Assembly (NCBI GenBank): GCA_019347675.1
Contig: JAHWKW010000015.1
Coordinates: 17,655-81,654 of the forward strand
Origin: Actinomycetota bacterium
GTDB lineage: Bacteria; Actinomycetota; Nitriliruptoria; Nitriliruptorales; JAHWKO01
DNA: 64,000 nucleotides
Reading direction: 5' to 3'
Part shown: piece by piece, positions 24,257 to 33,464 of the stretch
How the letters are laid out: each line of letters starts with the position of its first letter
Position numbering within the stretch: the stretch's first letter is position 1
Notes under the pieces: generated by a model
Database searches by the model: none
Told to the model about the DNA's origin: nothing
Seen by the model: only the letters and a program-made list of their open reading frames with translations
Program-made: the position numbers and the translations under genes

Positions 24257-26635
24257 TCAGCGCCCCGCCGGGGCGGCCTCGTCGCGGCGCTGCGGGATCA
24301 GGCGGTACGCGTCGTACACGCCCTCGACGCGCTTGACGGACCGCAGGATGTACTCCAGGTGGGCGGGGTCGGCGAGCTCGAACGAGAACCGCAGCACCGC
24401 GACGCGGTCGCGGCGCGTCGTCACCTGCGCCGACAGGATGTTGATGTGCAGGTCGCCGAGGACCGCGGTGATGTCGCGGAGCAAGTGCTTGCGGTCGATC
24501 GCCTCGACCTGGATGGAGACCAGGAAGGTCGAGGCGGCGTGGGCGTTCCACGACACCGACACCAGCCGATCCTGCTGATGTTCGGCCAGATCGGTCAGGT
24601 TGGGACAGTCCTGGCGGTGAACCGACACGCCCCGCCCGCGGGTGACGAACCCGGTGATCGCATCGCCCGGGACGGGGGTGCAGCACCGGGCGAGCTTGCT
24701 CAGCAGGCCCTCCGCGCCGTGGACTCGGACGCCGTCGCTGGTGGCGACGTCCTGGTGGGCACGGCGCCGCGGCAGCAACACCGGTGGTTCGGCCTTGGGC
24801 AGCTCACCGGCGACCCGGCCGGTCAGCTGCTGGGTGACGGTCCCGACCGCCAGGTGGTTCCCGCCGATGGCACGCAGCAGCGCGTCGACGTCCTTGTACG
24901 ACAGGTCGCTCGCCACCGCGGCGAGGTGCCCGGCGCTGGCGACGCGGTCGTACGACAGGCCCCTCTTGCGCAGCGCCCGGATCAGGGCTTCGCGCCCGCG
25001 CTCGATCGCGTCCTCGCGGCGTTCACGGTTGAAGTACGCCCGGATCTTGCTCTTGGCGCGCGGCGAAACCGCGTTCTTGAGCCAGTCGCGTGACGGTCCC
25101 GCGTCCTCGGCCTTGGAGGTCAGGACCTCGACGACGTCGCCGTTGGTCAGTTCGTAGTCCAGCGGGACCAACCGCCCGTTGATGCGCGCTCCGATGCAGC
25201 GGTGACCGACCTCGGTGTGGACGGCGTAGGCGAAGTCGATCGGGGTGGCACCGGCGGGCAGTTCCTTGACGTCCCCGGCCGGGGTGAACACGAAGACCGC
25301 GTCGGCGTACAGGTCGATCCTGAGCGAGTCGAGGTAGTCGGCCGGCTCGCGGACCTCCTGCTGCCACTCGAGCATCTGCTGCAGCCACTGCAGATCGCTG
25401 TGCTTGGTGCGGTTGGACTCCTTGTACTTCCAGTGGGCCGCCACTCCGTACTCGGCGGTGCGGTGCATCGCCTTGGTCCGGATCTGGATCTCCAGCGGCC
25501 GGCCCTTGTGCCCCACGACGGTCGTGTGCAGCGACTGGTACAGGTTGAACTTGGGCATCGCGACGTAGTCCTTGAAGCGCCCCGGGATCGGCCGCCACGT
25601 CGCGTGGATCTGGCCCAGCACCGCGTAGCAGTCGCGGACGTTGTTCACGATCACCCGGATCCCGACCAGGTCGTGGATCTCGTCGAACTCGACGCCGCGG
25701 ACGACCATCTTCTCGTAGATCGAGTAGAAGTGCTTGGGGCGGCCGGTGACCTCCCCCTTGAGCTTCAGCTCGCGGAGCTTGTCCTTGACCTCACCGATGA
25801 CCTCCTCGAGGTGGACCTCGCGTTCCGGCTGGCGGTCGGAGACCATCGCGACGATCTCGCCGTAGCGCTTGGGGTGCAGGGTCTGGAAGGCCAGGTCCTC
25901 CAGGGTGAGCTTGAACTGCTGGATCCCCAGCCGGTGGGCCAGCGGGGCGTAGATGTCCAGGGTCTCCTGCGCGATGCGCTTCTGCTTGTCGCGCGGGAGG
26001 GCGTCGATCGTCTCCATGTTGTGCAGGCGGTCGGCGAGCTTGACCAGCAGCACCCGGATGTCGCTGGCCATCGCCAGGATCATCTTGCGCAGGGTCTCGG
26101 CCTGCTGCTGTTCCTTCGAGTCGACGTTGAGCCGGTCGAGCTTGGTGACGCCGTCGACCAGCCGGGCGACCTCGTCACCGAACAGGTCGGTGATCTGGCC
26201 CAGTGACGCCGGGGTGTCCTCGACGACGTCGTGCAGGAGCGCCGCGACGATCGTGTCGGTGTCCAGACCGAGGCGGGCGAGCTTCTCCGCGACCGCGACG
26301 GGATGGGTGATGTAGGCCTCGCCCGACCAGCGTCGCTGGCCGTCGTGCGCCGCCTCGGCGTACTCGAACGCCCGCGCGACCTCGCGGACGTCGACCTTGG
26401 GGCTGGACTCGCGGATCGCGGCCAACAGCGCGGTGATGGCGCTGGGCACCAGCTCGCGGGTCGGGCGCGGGAGGCGAGCCAGGACGCCCTTCACGCCCGA
26501 CGGGCGTGGCCGCTGGTGCGGCGGGGCGTGGGGCGCGGGAGCATCCGAGGGCGCGGGAGCATCCGAGGGCGCGCCAACGGCGACGTCGCCGGTGTCAGGC
26601 GTCGTCTGCTCGGCCTCGGTCTCGCTGGCTGGCAC
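24257..26635 (-). CDS. relA: Bifunctional (p)ppGpp synthetase/hydrolase
   Basis: 792 aa. HD domain (HDVVEDT), the synthetase region (YRSLH-like QSLHTTV), TGS and ACT regions. Confidence 0.95.
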   Translation of the reverse strand: MPASETEAEQTTPDTGDVAVGAPSDAPAPSDAPAPHAPPHQRPRPSGVKGVLARLPRPTRELVPSAITALLAAIRESSPKVDVREVARAFEYAEAAHDGQRRWSGEAYITHPVAVAEKLARLGLDTDTIVAALLHDVVEDTPASLGQITDLFGDEVARLVDGVTKLDRLNVDSKEQQQAETLRKMILAMASDIRVLLVKLADRLHNMETIDALPRDKQKRIAQETLDIYAPLAHRLGIQQFKLTLEDLAFQTLHPKRYGEIVAMVSDRQPEREVHLEEVIGEVKDKLRELKLKGEVTGRPKHFYSIYEKMVVRGVEFDEIHDLVGIRVIVNNVRDCYAVLGQIHATWRPIPGRFKDYVAMPKFNLYQSLHTTVVGHKGRPLEIQIRTKAMHRTAEYGVAAHWKYKESNRTKHSDLQWLQQMLEWQQEVREPADYLDSLRIDLYADAVFVFTPAGDVKELPAGATPIDFAYAVHTEVGHRCIGARINGRLVPLDYELTNGDVVEVLTSKAEDAGPSRDWLKNAVSPRAKSKIRAYFNRERREDAIERGREALIRALRKRGLSYDRVASAGHLAAVASDLSYKDVDALLRAIGGNHLAVGTVTQQLTGRVAGELPKAEPPVLLPRRRAHQDVATSDGVRVHGAEGLLSKLARCCTPVPGDAITGFVTRGRGVSVHRQDCPNLTDLAEHQQDRLVSVSWNAHAASTFLVSIQVEAIDRKHLLRDITAVLGDLHINILSAQVTTRRDRVAVLRFSFELADPAHLEYILRSVKRVEGVYDAYRLIPQRRDEAAPAGR
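26533..26568. repeat. Perfect 18-bp tandem duplication in the relA 5' region
   Basis: GCGCGGGAGCATCCGAGG twice, encoding APSDAP-APSDAP in the Pro/Ala-rich N-terminal tail. Confidence 0.8.
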
Positions 26636-26686
26636 CGCGTTCCTCCTGCTGACAGGGTAACGCCGGTGGCTTGCCGTGCCGACGTG

Positions 26687-27223
26687 TCAGTACCGCAGGA
26701 GGCTGACGTATTCGTACCCGACCAACCGCTCGGCGCCGCCGAGGAACCCCAGCTCGATCATGAACGCCAGGCCCGACACCTTCCCGCCCAGCCCCTCCAC
26801 CAGCTCGACCGCGGCTCGGGATGTGCCGCCGGTCGCCAGGACGTCGTCGACGATCAGGACGCGGTCGCCGTCGCGGATCGCGTCGGCGTGGACCTCGAGG
26901 GTCTCGGTGCCGTACTCGAGCTCGTAGGTGACCGCGTGGGTGGCGGCGGGGAGCTTCCCGGCCTTGCGCAGCGGGACGAAGCCCGCGCCGAAGTGGTAGG
27001 CGACCGGCGCGGCGATGATGAACCCCCGCGCCTCGATCCCGACGACCTTGTCGATGTTGCCGCGCCCGAAGCTGACCACGATCGCGTCCACGACCGTGGA
27101 GAACGCGACGTGATCGAGGAGGAGCGGGGTGACGTCCTTGAAGGTCACTCCCCGCTGCGGGAAGTCCGGGATGTCGCGGATCAGCGCCCGGAGCGGCTCG
27201 GCGTCGATCGTGATCCGGGTCAC
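26687..27223 (-). CDS. apt: Adenine phosphoribosyltransferase
   Basis: 178 aa. VLIVDDVLATGGT PRPP motif. Confidence 0.93.
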   Translation of the reverse strand: MTRITIDAEPLRALIRDIPDFPQRGVTFKDVTPLLLDHVAFSTVVDAIVVSFGRGNIDKVVGIEARGFIIAAPVAYHFGAGFVPLRKAGKLPAATHAVTYELEYGTETLEVHADAIRDGDRVLIVDDVLATGGTSRAAVELVEGLGGKVSGLAFMIELGFLGGAERLVGYEYVSLLRY

Positions 27224-27226
27224 GGG

Positions 27227-28291
27227 CTACCGCTGCGAGCGCGGTTTCCGGCCGGGTCCGCGGACGTACCCGCGGGGTTCCAGCGGCTCGTGGCGGTCGG
27301 CCGCGGCCGGCTCGGTTTCACCGTCGCCAGACGTGTCGCCGGCGCGCTCCTCGCGGCGTTCGGCGCGTAGGGCCAGCCGCTGCATCTCCGGCTCGTGCTC
27401 CTTCCACCGCGCCAGGAACGGCCCGGCGATGAACAGCGACGAGTACGCCCCGGTCGCCAGCCCCACGAACAAGGCGATCGCCAGGTCCTGCAAGGTGGTG
27501 GCACCCAGCGCCTGCGCCCCGATGAACAGAAGCGCCCCGACCGGGAGGATCGACGTGATCGTGGTGTTGATCGACCGCTGCAGCACCTCGTTCATGGACG
27601 TGTTGACCGACCCCGAGTAGGTGAGGAGTCCCGGGCGGCCCAGCCGGGCGGTGTTCTCCTTGATGCGGTCGAACACGATGGCGGTGTCGTACAGCGAGTA
27701 CCCGAGGATGGTCAGGAGCGCGATGACGGTCGCGGGACTGACGTTGAACTGGAACAGCGAGTACACGCCGGCGGTGAGGACGATGTCGTGGAACAGGGCC
27801 ACGAGGGCCGCCACGGACATCTTGAACTCCAGCCGCACCGAGATGTACGCGACGACCACGATCAGGAAGACGACCAACGCCTCCAGCATCTTCCGCGAGA
27901 TGCGCTCGCCCCAGGTCGGCCCGACGAACGAGACCTCGACGTTGTCGGCCTGGCCGACCTCGCGCAACGCGTCGGCGACGGCGCTTTCGACGTCGCTCCC
28001 CGGTTCGATCGCCGCCGTGCGCACGATGGCCCCGCTGACCTGCGCCCCGTCCCGGACGAGCTGAGCGGTGGGGATCGCCGCCCCGGCGCTGACCGCGGCG
28101 TCCTCGAGCTGATCCGACGTGACGTCCGCGTCGATGCCGCTGACCGTGAACGACGAACCACCGACGAACTCGATCGAGAGGTTCAGGCCACGGACCGCCA
28201 GAGCCAGCACCGACAGGAGCATGATCGCGCCGGAGACGGTGAACCACAGCCGGCTGCGACCGACGAAGTCGAACGACGGCCGTCTCCTCAT
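27227..28291 (-). CDS. secF: Protein translocase subunit SecF
   Basis: 354 aa. FDFVGRSRLWF..., ...GLNLSIEFVGG..., six-TM pattern. Confidence 0.93.
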   Translation of the reverse strand: MRRRPSFDFVGRSRLWFTVSGAIMLLSVLALAVRGLNLSIEFVGGSSFTVSGIDADVTSDQLEDAAVSAGAAIPTAQLVRDGAQVSGAIVRTAAIEPGSDVESAVADALREVGQADNVEVSFVGPTWGERISRKMLEALVVFLIVVVAYISVRLEFKMSVAALVALFHDIVLTAGVYSLFQFNVSPATVIALLTILGYSLYDTAIVFDRIKENTARLGRPGLLTYSGSVNTSMNEVLQRSINTTITSILPVGALLFIGAQALGATTLQDLAIALFVGLATGAYSSLFIAGPFLARWKEHEPEMQRLALRAERREERAGDTSGDGETEPAAADRHEPLEPRGYVRGPGRKPRSQR

Positions 28292-29775
28292 CGTGAACCT
28301 CCCACCAGCTGGGGTTCGGTTGCGGCGCGGACGGTGCTCCGCGAGATCAGCCGTGTCCGACCCAGCAGCTGCACGGCCGGCCGGGTGAACCCCAGCAGGA
28401 TCACCAGGTCCAGGGCGGTGGCCACACCCAGGGTGAACGCGAAGCCACGCACGGGCCCGACCGCCAGGAAGTACAGGATGATCGCCGCAGCGATCGTCAC
28501 GGTGTTCCCGGTCAGGTTGGTGCGGAAGGCCGGGCGGAAGGCGCGCACCACCGAGGTGCGCACGGTCTTGCCGGTGTCGAGCTCGTCGCGGAGCCGCTCG
28601 AAGTACAGGATCGACGAGTCCGCCGCGATCCCGATCGACACGATCACGCCGGCGATCCCCGCCAAGGTGAGCGTGAACCCGATCTCACCGAGCAGGGTGA
28701 TCAGCCCCACGAGGATCACCCCGAAGACCATCAGCCCGGTCAACGCCACCGCGCCGAGCCAGCGGTAGAACGACGTGATGAACACGGCGACCAGCGCCAG
28801 CCCGATCAGCCCGGCGATGATCCCCGCGCGGAGCGACTGTGCACCGAGCGTGGGTGACACGTTCGACGCGGTCGATGGCTCCAGCGTGATCGGCAGGGCG
28901 CCGGTGCGCAGCACCAGGGCCAGGTCGCGGGCGTCCTGCTCACCTCCGCCGACGGTGATGATCGCTGCCCCGCCGGTGATGCCCACCCCACACTGGACGC
29001 CGGGGTTCATCCCGGGGTCGCTGCGCACCACGTCGTCGAGGACGATCGCCAGCCGGCCGGCATCGGGACCCACCTGGTCACGCTGGCAGGCGAGCTCGCC
29101 GGTGATGTCGGCGAACTTCCGTGCCCCGTCGCTGGTGAGGTCGAGCTGGACGATCCAGGTGTTGGTGAACGCCCCCTGCCCGGTCTGCTCGACCGTGGCG
29201 AGCGCGTCGGCGACCCCCTCACCGGTCAGCGCGGCCGGGCCGAGCCGGTACTTCAGCGGCGGCTGGGTGGCCTCGTTGGCGGCCGTCTCCGGGTCGTCGG
29301 GGGGAGACTCACCGCAGACCACCACCTCCGCGTCGTCGGGGACCGGCCCGTCGGGGCGGGGGTCGATCGCGGTGCAGTCGGGGCCCTCCGCCTCGTACTG
29401 CGGCGTCCCGGGCGCGAACAGCTCCTGGACCGGGCGGAAGGTGAGCTTGGCGGTCTTGCCGATGATCTCCAGAGCCCGTTCGCGGTCCTCGATGCCCGGC
29501 AGCTGCACCAGGATGTCCGAGCCCTGGCGCGCGATCTCCGGCTCCGCCACCCCCAGGCTGTCCACCCGGCTGCGGATGATCTCGATCGTCTGGTCCAGGA
29601 CGTCGTCGGGAACCTCGGCCCCTTCCACCGCGATCGGCGTCAGGATGACGCTGATCCCGCCACGCAGATCCAGCCCCAGCCGGGGACGGGCCCCGAAGGC
29701 GAGGAGCCAGACCAGGATGGCGGTCACCACCACGGCGGTGGCGATCAACGACCCGATCAATCCTCTGGTGTTCAC
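28288..29775 (-). CDS. secD: Protein translocase subunit SecD
   Basis: GTG start at VNTRGLIGSL, preceded by GGAGAG. ...LGLDLRGGISVIL... and the SecD TM bundle. 4-nt overlap with secF. Confidence 0.9.
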   Translation of the reverse strand: MNTRGLIGSLIATAVVVTAILVWLLAFGARPRLGLDLRGGISVILTPIAVEGAEVPDDVLDQTIEIIRSRVDSLGVAEPEIARQGSDILVQLPGIEDRERALEIIGKTAKLTFRPVQELFAPGTPQYEAEGPDCTAIDPRPDGPVPDDAEVVVCGESPPDDPETAANEATQPPLKYRLGPAALTGEGVADALATVEQTGQGAFTNTWIVQLDLTSDGARKFADITGELACQRDQVGPDAGRLAIVLDDVVRSDPGMNPGVQCGVGITGGAAIITVGGGEQDARDLALVLRTGALPITLEPSTASNVSPTLGAQSLRAGIIAGLIGLALVAVFITSFYRWLGAVALTGLMVFGVILVGLITLLGEIGFTLTLAGIAGVIVSIGIAADSSILYFERLRDELDTGKTVRTSVVRAFRPAFRTNLTGNTVTIAAAIILYFLAVGPVRGFAFTLGVATALDLVILLGFTRPAVQLLGRTRLISRSTVRAATEPQLVGGSR

Positions 29776-29789
29776 GGTCGGGCTCTCCG

Positions 29790-30659
29790 TCAGGCGAGGG
29801 GGGTGCCGTTGGCCGCGATCCGGAACTCGCAGCCGAGCGTCCGTGCGGCACGGCGGCACATGATCATGCGGTCGAGGAAGATCTCGAAGTACTCCAGCAA
29901 GCCGCTGATGGACTCGTCCAGATCCAGCTCCAGCGTGATGGTGGCAGCCTCAGCGTCGACGCGGACGAAGGAGCGGGTCACCGCGTAGTTGACCCGGTCG
30001 TGGATGTCCGCGGCGGTGTCCGCCTTCGCACGGACGCGGCTGCGGTGCACGTCGGACTTGTCGGCGAGGATCACGGCGGCCGCGACCGGTCCCACACTCA
30101 TCCCGTACTGCTCTTCGTGGTTGCCGACCGCGGACATCACGATCCCGATGCGGTAGGGGTCCACACCGATGCGGTGCAGCGCGTCGTGGGCGATCCACGC
30201 CGACGTCAGGCCGTGGTTGAGCCGACTGGCGACGTTGCCCACATCGTGGAGGTACCCGGCGAGCGCGGCCAGCTCGCACAGCGCCTCGTCACCCCCCAGG
30301 TACTTCAGCACGTTGTAGGCGATGCGGCCGACGAGGCTGGCGTGGCGGAAACCGTGCTCGGTGAACCCCTGCACCGCCATGAACTGATCGGCCAGCTTCA
30401 TGAACGCGGTGACGGTGGGATCCTGCTCGATCTTCTCCAGCAGCGGCACGCTCACGCCGGTGCGCCGCTCCGCTTCCTCGCCGATCTCCTCGGCCTCGCG
30501 GACGGTGTCGTGGGCGTCGACGCCGCGGAGAAGGGCCAGCTCGGGGGACTGGCGGAGCATCGTCGCGGGGTCGGGAGGGGTGGCGGGAGCCGGCACCTCA
30601 CGCGGGTGCGGGTGCTCGGGGGTCGCTTCGGAGGTTCGGACCTCGGCCGCTTCGCTCAC
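29790..30659 (-). CDS. HD-domain phosphohydrolase-like protein
   Basis: HGFRHASLV...AGYLHDVGN...GNHEE pattern. GTG at 30659 overlaps the yajC stop (GTGA). An alternative Met start lies at 30560. Confidence 0.6.
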   Translation of the reverse strand: MSEAAEVRTSEATPEHPHPREVPAPATPPDPATMLRQSPELALLRGVDAHDTVREAEEIGEEAERRTGVSVPLLEKIEQDPTVTAFMKLADQFMAVQGFTEHGFRHASLVGRIAYNVLKYLGGDEALCELAALAGYLHDVGNVASRLNHGLTSAWIAHDALHRIGVDPYRIGIVMSAVGNHEEQYGMSVGPVAAAVILADKSDVHRSRVRAKADTAADIHDRVNYAVTRSFVRVDAEAATITLELDLDESISGLLEYFEIFLDRMIMCRRAARTLGCEFRIAANGTPLA

Positions 30660-30946
30660 GCCTTCGAGCTCTCCTCGACCTGCTCGCCGTACGTGACCTT
30701 GCGGGCGACCGCCTGACGCTGGAAGCGCAGCACCGTGTCGTCGGTCACCTCCAGGTCGACGTAGTCGTCGGCCACGCTCTGCACGCGGCCGTGCATGCCG
30801 CCGATCGTGACGACGTCGTCGCCCTTCTGCAGGGACGCGATCAGGTCGCGGTGCTGGCGCTGTCGTTTCTGTTGGGGACGGATCAACAGGAAGTACAGCA
30901 CCGCCAGGAACAGCAGCGGGATCAGAAGTCCGCTGAAGGCATCCAT
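30656..30946 (-). CDS. yajC: Preprotein translocase subunit YajC
   Basis: 96 aa. LLFLAVLYFLLIRPQQKRQRQH...GDDVVTIGGMHGRV. Confidence 0.85.
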   Translation of the reverse strand: MDAFSGLLIPLLFLAVLYFLLIRPQQKRQRQHRDLIASLQKGDDVVTIGGMHGRVQSVADDYVDLEVTDDTVLRFQRQAVARKVTYGEQVEESSKA

Positions 30947-31089
30947 CGGAGGGAACCTCGCCGGTCGTCACGACGACGCCCGCCGACTCGGCGGGCGTGG
31001 ACCGCCACTGTACCAGCGGTCATCAACGCCCCCACGTGCGGGCGGGGCCGCACGATGCGGTGACTGCGGTGGTCGTCGGTGTGGTCGGT

Positions 31090-32124
31090 CTACGCGAACA
31101 GGGTCGGGTCGACACCGTCGGGGCGGGGCGCGGGGACGCCGAGGTGACCGTGGGCGGCCGGCGTGGCGACGCGACCGCGGGGCGTGCGCTGGATGAGGCC
31201 CTGCTGGATCAGGAACGGCTCCACCACGTCCTCGATCGTGTCGGGCTCCTCCCCGACCGCGGTCGCCAGGGTGGTCAGGCCCACGGGGCCACCGCCGAAG
31301 CGGCGCACGACCGCTTCGAGGATGCGCAGATCCAGGCGGTCCAGGCCGACCTCGTCGACCTCGAACACGGCCAGTGCGGCTCGGGCGACGTCGGCGTCGA
31401 TACGGCCGTCGGCCTCCACCTGGGCGTAGTCACGCACCCGGCGCAGGAGCCGGTTGGCGATGCGGGGCGTGCCGCGCGACCGGCGGGCGATCTCGCCGGC
31501 GCCACCGTCGTCGAGCGCCACCGACAGCAACCGTGCGGACCGGGTCACGATCCGCTGCAGTTCCGCCGCTGCGTAGAACTCGAGGTGGGCGGCGAACCCG
31601 AACCGGTCGCGCAGCGGTGAGGTCATGAGCCCGGTCCGCGTGGTGGCCCCCACCAACGTGAAGCGGGGCAGGTCCAGGCGGATCGACCGTGCTGCGGGAC
31701 CCTTCCCGACCACGATGTCGATCTGGAAGTCCTCCATCGCCGGGTACAGGACCTCCTCGACCTGCCGGGGCATGCGGTGGATCTCGTCGACGAAGAGCAC
31801 GTCACCGGGTTCGAGGTTGGTCAGGATGGCGGCGACGTCACCGGGGCGTTCCAGTGCCGGGCCGGAGGTCGCGCGCAGTTGCGCGTCGAGCTCCGCGGCG
31901 ATGATGCCCGCCAGCGACGTCTTCCCGAGACCCGGAGGCCCGCTCAGCAGGACGTGGTCGGCGGGTTGGCCCCGGCCCCGCGCCCCACGGATGACCAGCT
32001 CCAGCTGGCGCTTGATGCGGTCCTGGCCGACGAACTCGTCCAGCCGCCGTGGCCGCAGCGACGCCTCGTCGCGGTCCTCCTCCGGTAGGCCCGCCAGGTC
32101 CAGCACCTCACTGCGCTCGGTCAC
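31090..32124 (-). CDS. ruvB: Holliday junction helicase RuvB
   Basis: 344 aa. [29 protein letters not shown]. Confidence 0.97.
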   Translation of the reverse strand: MTERSEVLDLAGLPEEDRDEASLRPRRLDEFVGQDRIKRQLELVIRGARGRGQPADHVLLSGPPGLGKTSLAGIIAAELDAQLRATSGPALERPGDVAAILTNLEPGDVLFVDEIHRMPRQVEEVLYPAMEDFQIDIVVGKGPAARSIRLDLPRFTLVGATTRTGLMTSPLRDRFGFAAHLEFYAAAELQRIVTRSARLLSVALDDGGAGEIARRSRGTPRIANRLLRRVRDYAQVEADGRIDADVARAALAVFEVDEVGLDRLDLRILEAVVRRFGGGPVGLTTLATAVGEEPDTIEDVVEPFLIQQGLIQRTPRGRVATPAAHGHLGVPAPRPDGVDPTLFA

Positions 32125-32732
32125 TGGCCCGCCCCGGCAAGAGACCGCAGAGCCGCCCGCAGAAGCTCGCCGACGTCGCCGTCGTCGAGCAGCGGCTCGA
32201 CCGCTCGCTGCGCTTCCGCCGCGCTGTAGCCGAGCTCCAGGAGGGCCAGGCGGACCTCGCCCAGGGCAGTCGCCCCAGCCGCGGCGACGGTCACGACGTC
32301 CGCCTGTCCGCCGGGGCCGAGCTTGTCGCGCAGCTCGAGCACCAGCCGCTGGGCGCTCTTGCGACCGATGCCGGGCACGACCATGAGCGCATCGACGTCG
32401 CCGCCGCCCACGGCCCGTCGCAGTGCGTCGGGCGCGAGCGTGGACAGCGCCGCCAACGCCAGCTTGGGCCCGACCCCCGACGCCGTCAGCAGCGCCTCGA
32501 ACAGGTCTCTCGCCTCCGCGGTGGGGAACCCGTACAGGGTCATGGAGTCCTCACGGACCTGGAGCGACGTGTGCAGCTCGACGTCACCGCCGGGTCCCGG
32601 GAGCCGGCCGGCGAGCCCGGCGGGGACCACCACCAGGTAGCCGACCCCGCCCACGTCCACCACGACCTGGGCCGCGTCACCCGATGGGGAGCTGCCGCGA
32701 GCGGAGACGCTGCCCCTCAGCTGTGCGATCAT
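32121..32732 (-). CDS. ruvA: Holliday junction DNA-binding protein RuvA
   Basis: 203 aa. MIAQLRG..., the LYGF motif and the HhH region [11 protein letters not shown]. Confidence 0.93.
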   Translation of the reverse strand: MIAQLRGSVSARGSSPSGDAAQVVVDVGGVGYLVVVPAGLAGRLPGPGGDVELHTSLQVREDSMTLYGFPTAEARDLFEALLTASGVGPKLALAALSTLAPDALRRAVGGGDVDALMVVPGIGRKSAQRLVLELRDKLGPGGQADVVTVAAAGATALGEVRLALLELGYSAAEAQRAVEPLLDDGDVGELLRAALRSLAGAGQ

Positions 32733-33349
32733 CGCTCACCTCGCGTCCCGCCCACCGCACGGACGTGCGGCCGGTCGAGGACGGCCTCCCAGTCCTTGGG
32801 ACCGTCAGCCTCGGCCGCCGCTTCGGCGCTGCGCAGCCGGCCAGAGGCGTTCGCCTCGTCGGCATCACCGACCTGCCGGGCACGTGCCAGGTGGCACAGG
32901 GCGACCGCCAGAGCGTCGGACACATCCGCGGGCGTGGGACGCTGCGGGAGCCTCAGCTGGGCCGCCACCATCCGGGCCACCGCCTGCTTGTCGGCGGTGC
33001 CGTGACCAGCCACCGTCAACTTGACGTCGGTTGGGGTGTAGCTGGCCACCGGCAAGCCCGCCTGAGCCGCCGCCAGCAGCGCCACTCCGGCCGCCTGTCC
33101 GACGCCCATGGCGGTGCGGGCGTTGGCGGAGAACAGCACCCGCTCGCACGCCACGACGTCGGGTCCGTGACGGTCGATCGCGTCGGCGACCGCGACGTGC
33201 AGTGCAGCCAGGCGTCGCTCGATCGGCAGGTCCGCGGCGGTCCGGACGACGTCCATCGCGATCGCCGAGGGCGCCGCCGGTGGTCCGTCGACGACGCCCA
33301 GGCCACACCGGGTCAGCCCCGGGTCGACCCCCAGGACGCGCAGCCGCAT
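32729..33349 (-). CDS. ruvC: Crossover junction endodeoxyribonuclease RuvC
   Basis: 206 aa from MRLRVLGVDPGLTRCG (GGAGAGG RBS). ...DVSDALAVALCH. Confidence 0.9.
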   Translation of the reverse strand: MRLRVLGVDPGLTRCGLGVVDGPPAAPSAIAMDVVRTAADLPIERRLAALHVAVADAIDRHGPDVVACERVLFSANARTAMGVGQAAGVALLAAAQAGLPVASYTPTDVKLTVAGHGTADKQAVARMVAAQLRLPQRPTPADVSDALAVALCHLARARQVGDADEANASGRLRSAEAAAEADGPKDWEAVLDRPHVRAVGGTRGER

Positions 33350-33361
33350 CACCTCTCCCCC

Positions 33362-33373
33362 GAACACGTGTTC
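33362..33373. promoter_or_regulatory. LexA (SOS/Cheo-type) box upstream of ruvCAB
   Basis: GAACACGTGTTC is a perfect GAAC-N4-GTTC palindrome 13-24 nt upstream of the ruvC ATG. A TATCGT -10-like hexamer lies just upstream on the minus strand. Confidence 0.7.
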
Positions 33374-33464
33374 ACGGCACGATAGCAGCGCGGCGCGAGA
33401 CGGCTGGGCAACCCCGACGCCGGTCACGGGCCTGGGGCGGCCACGGCGACCGTTGTTCGGTGTC

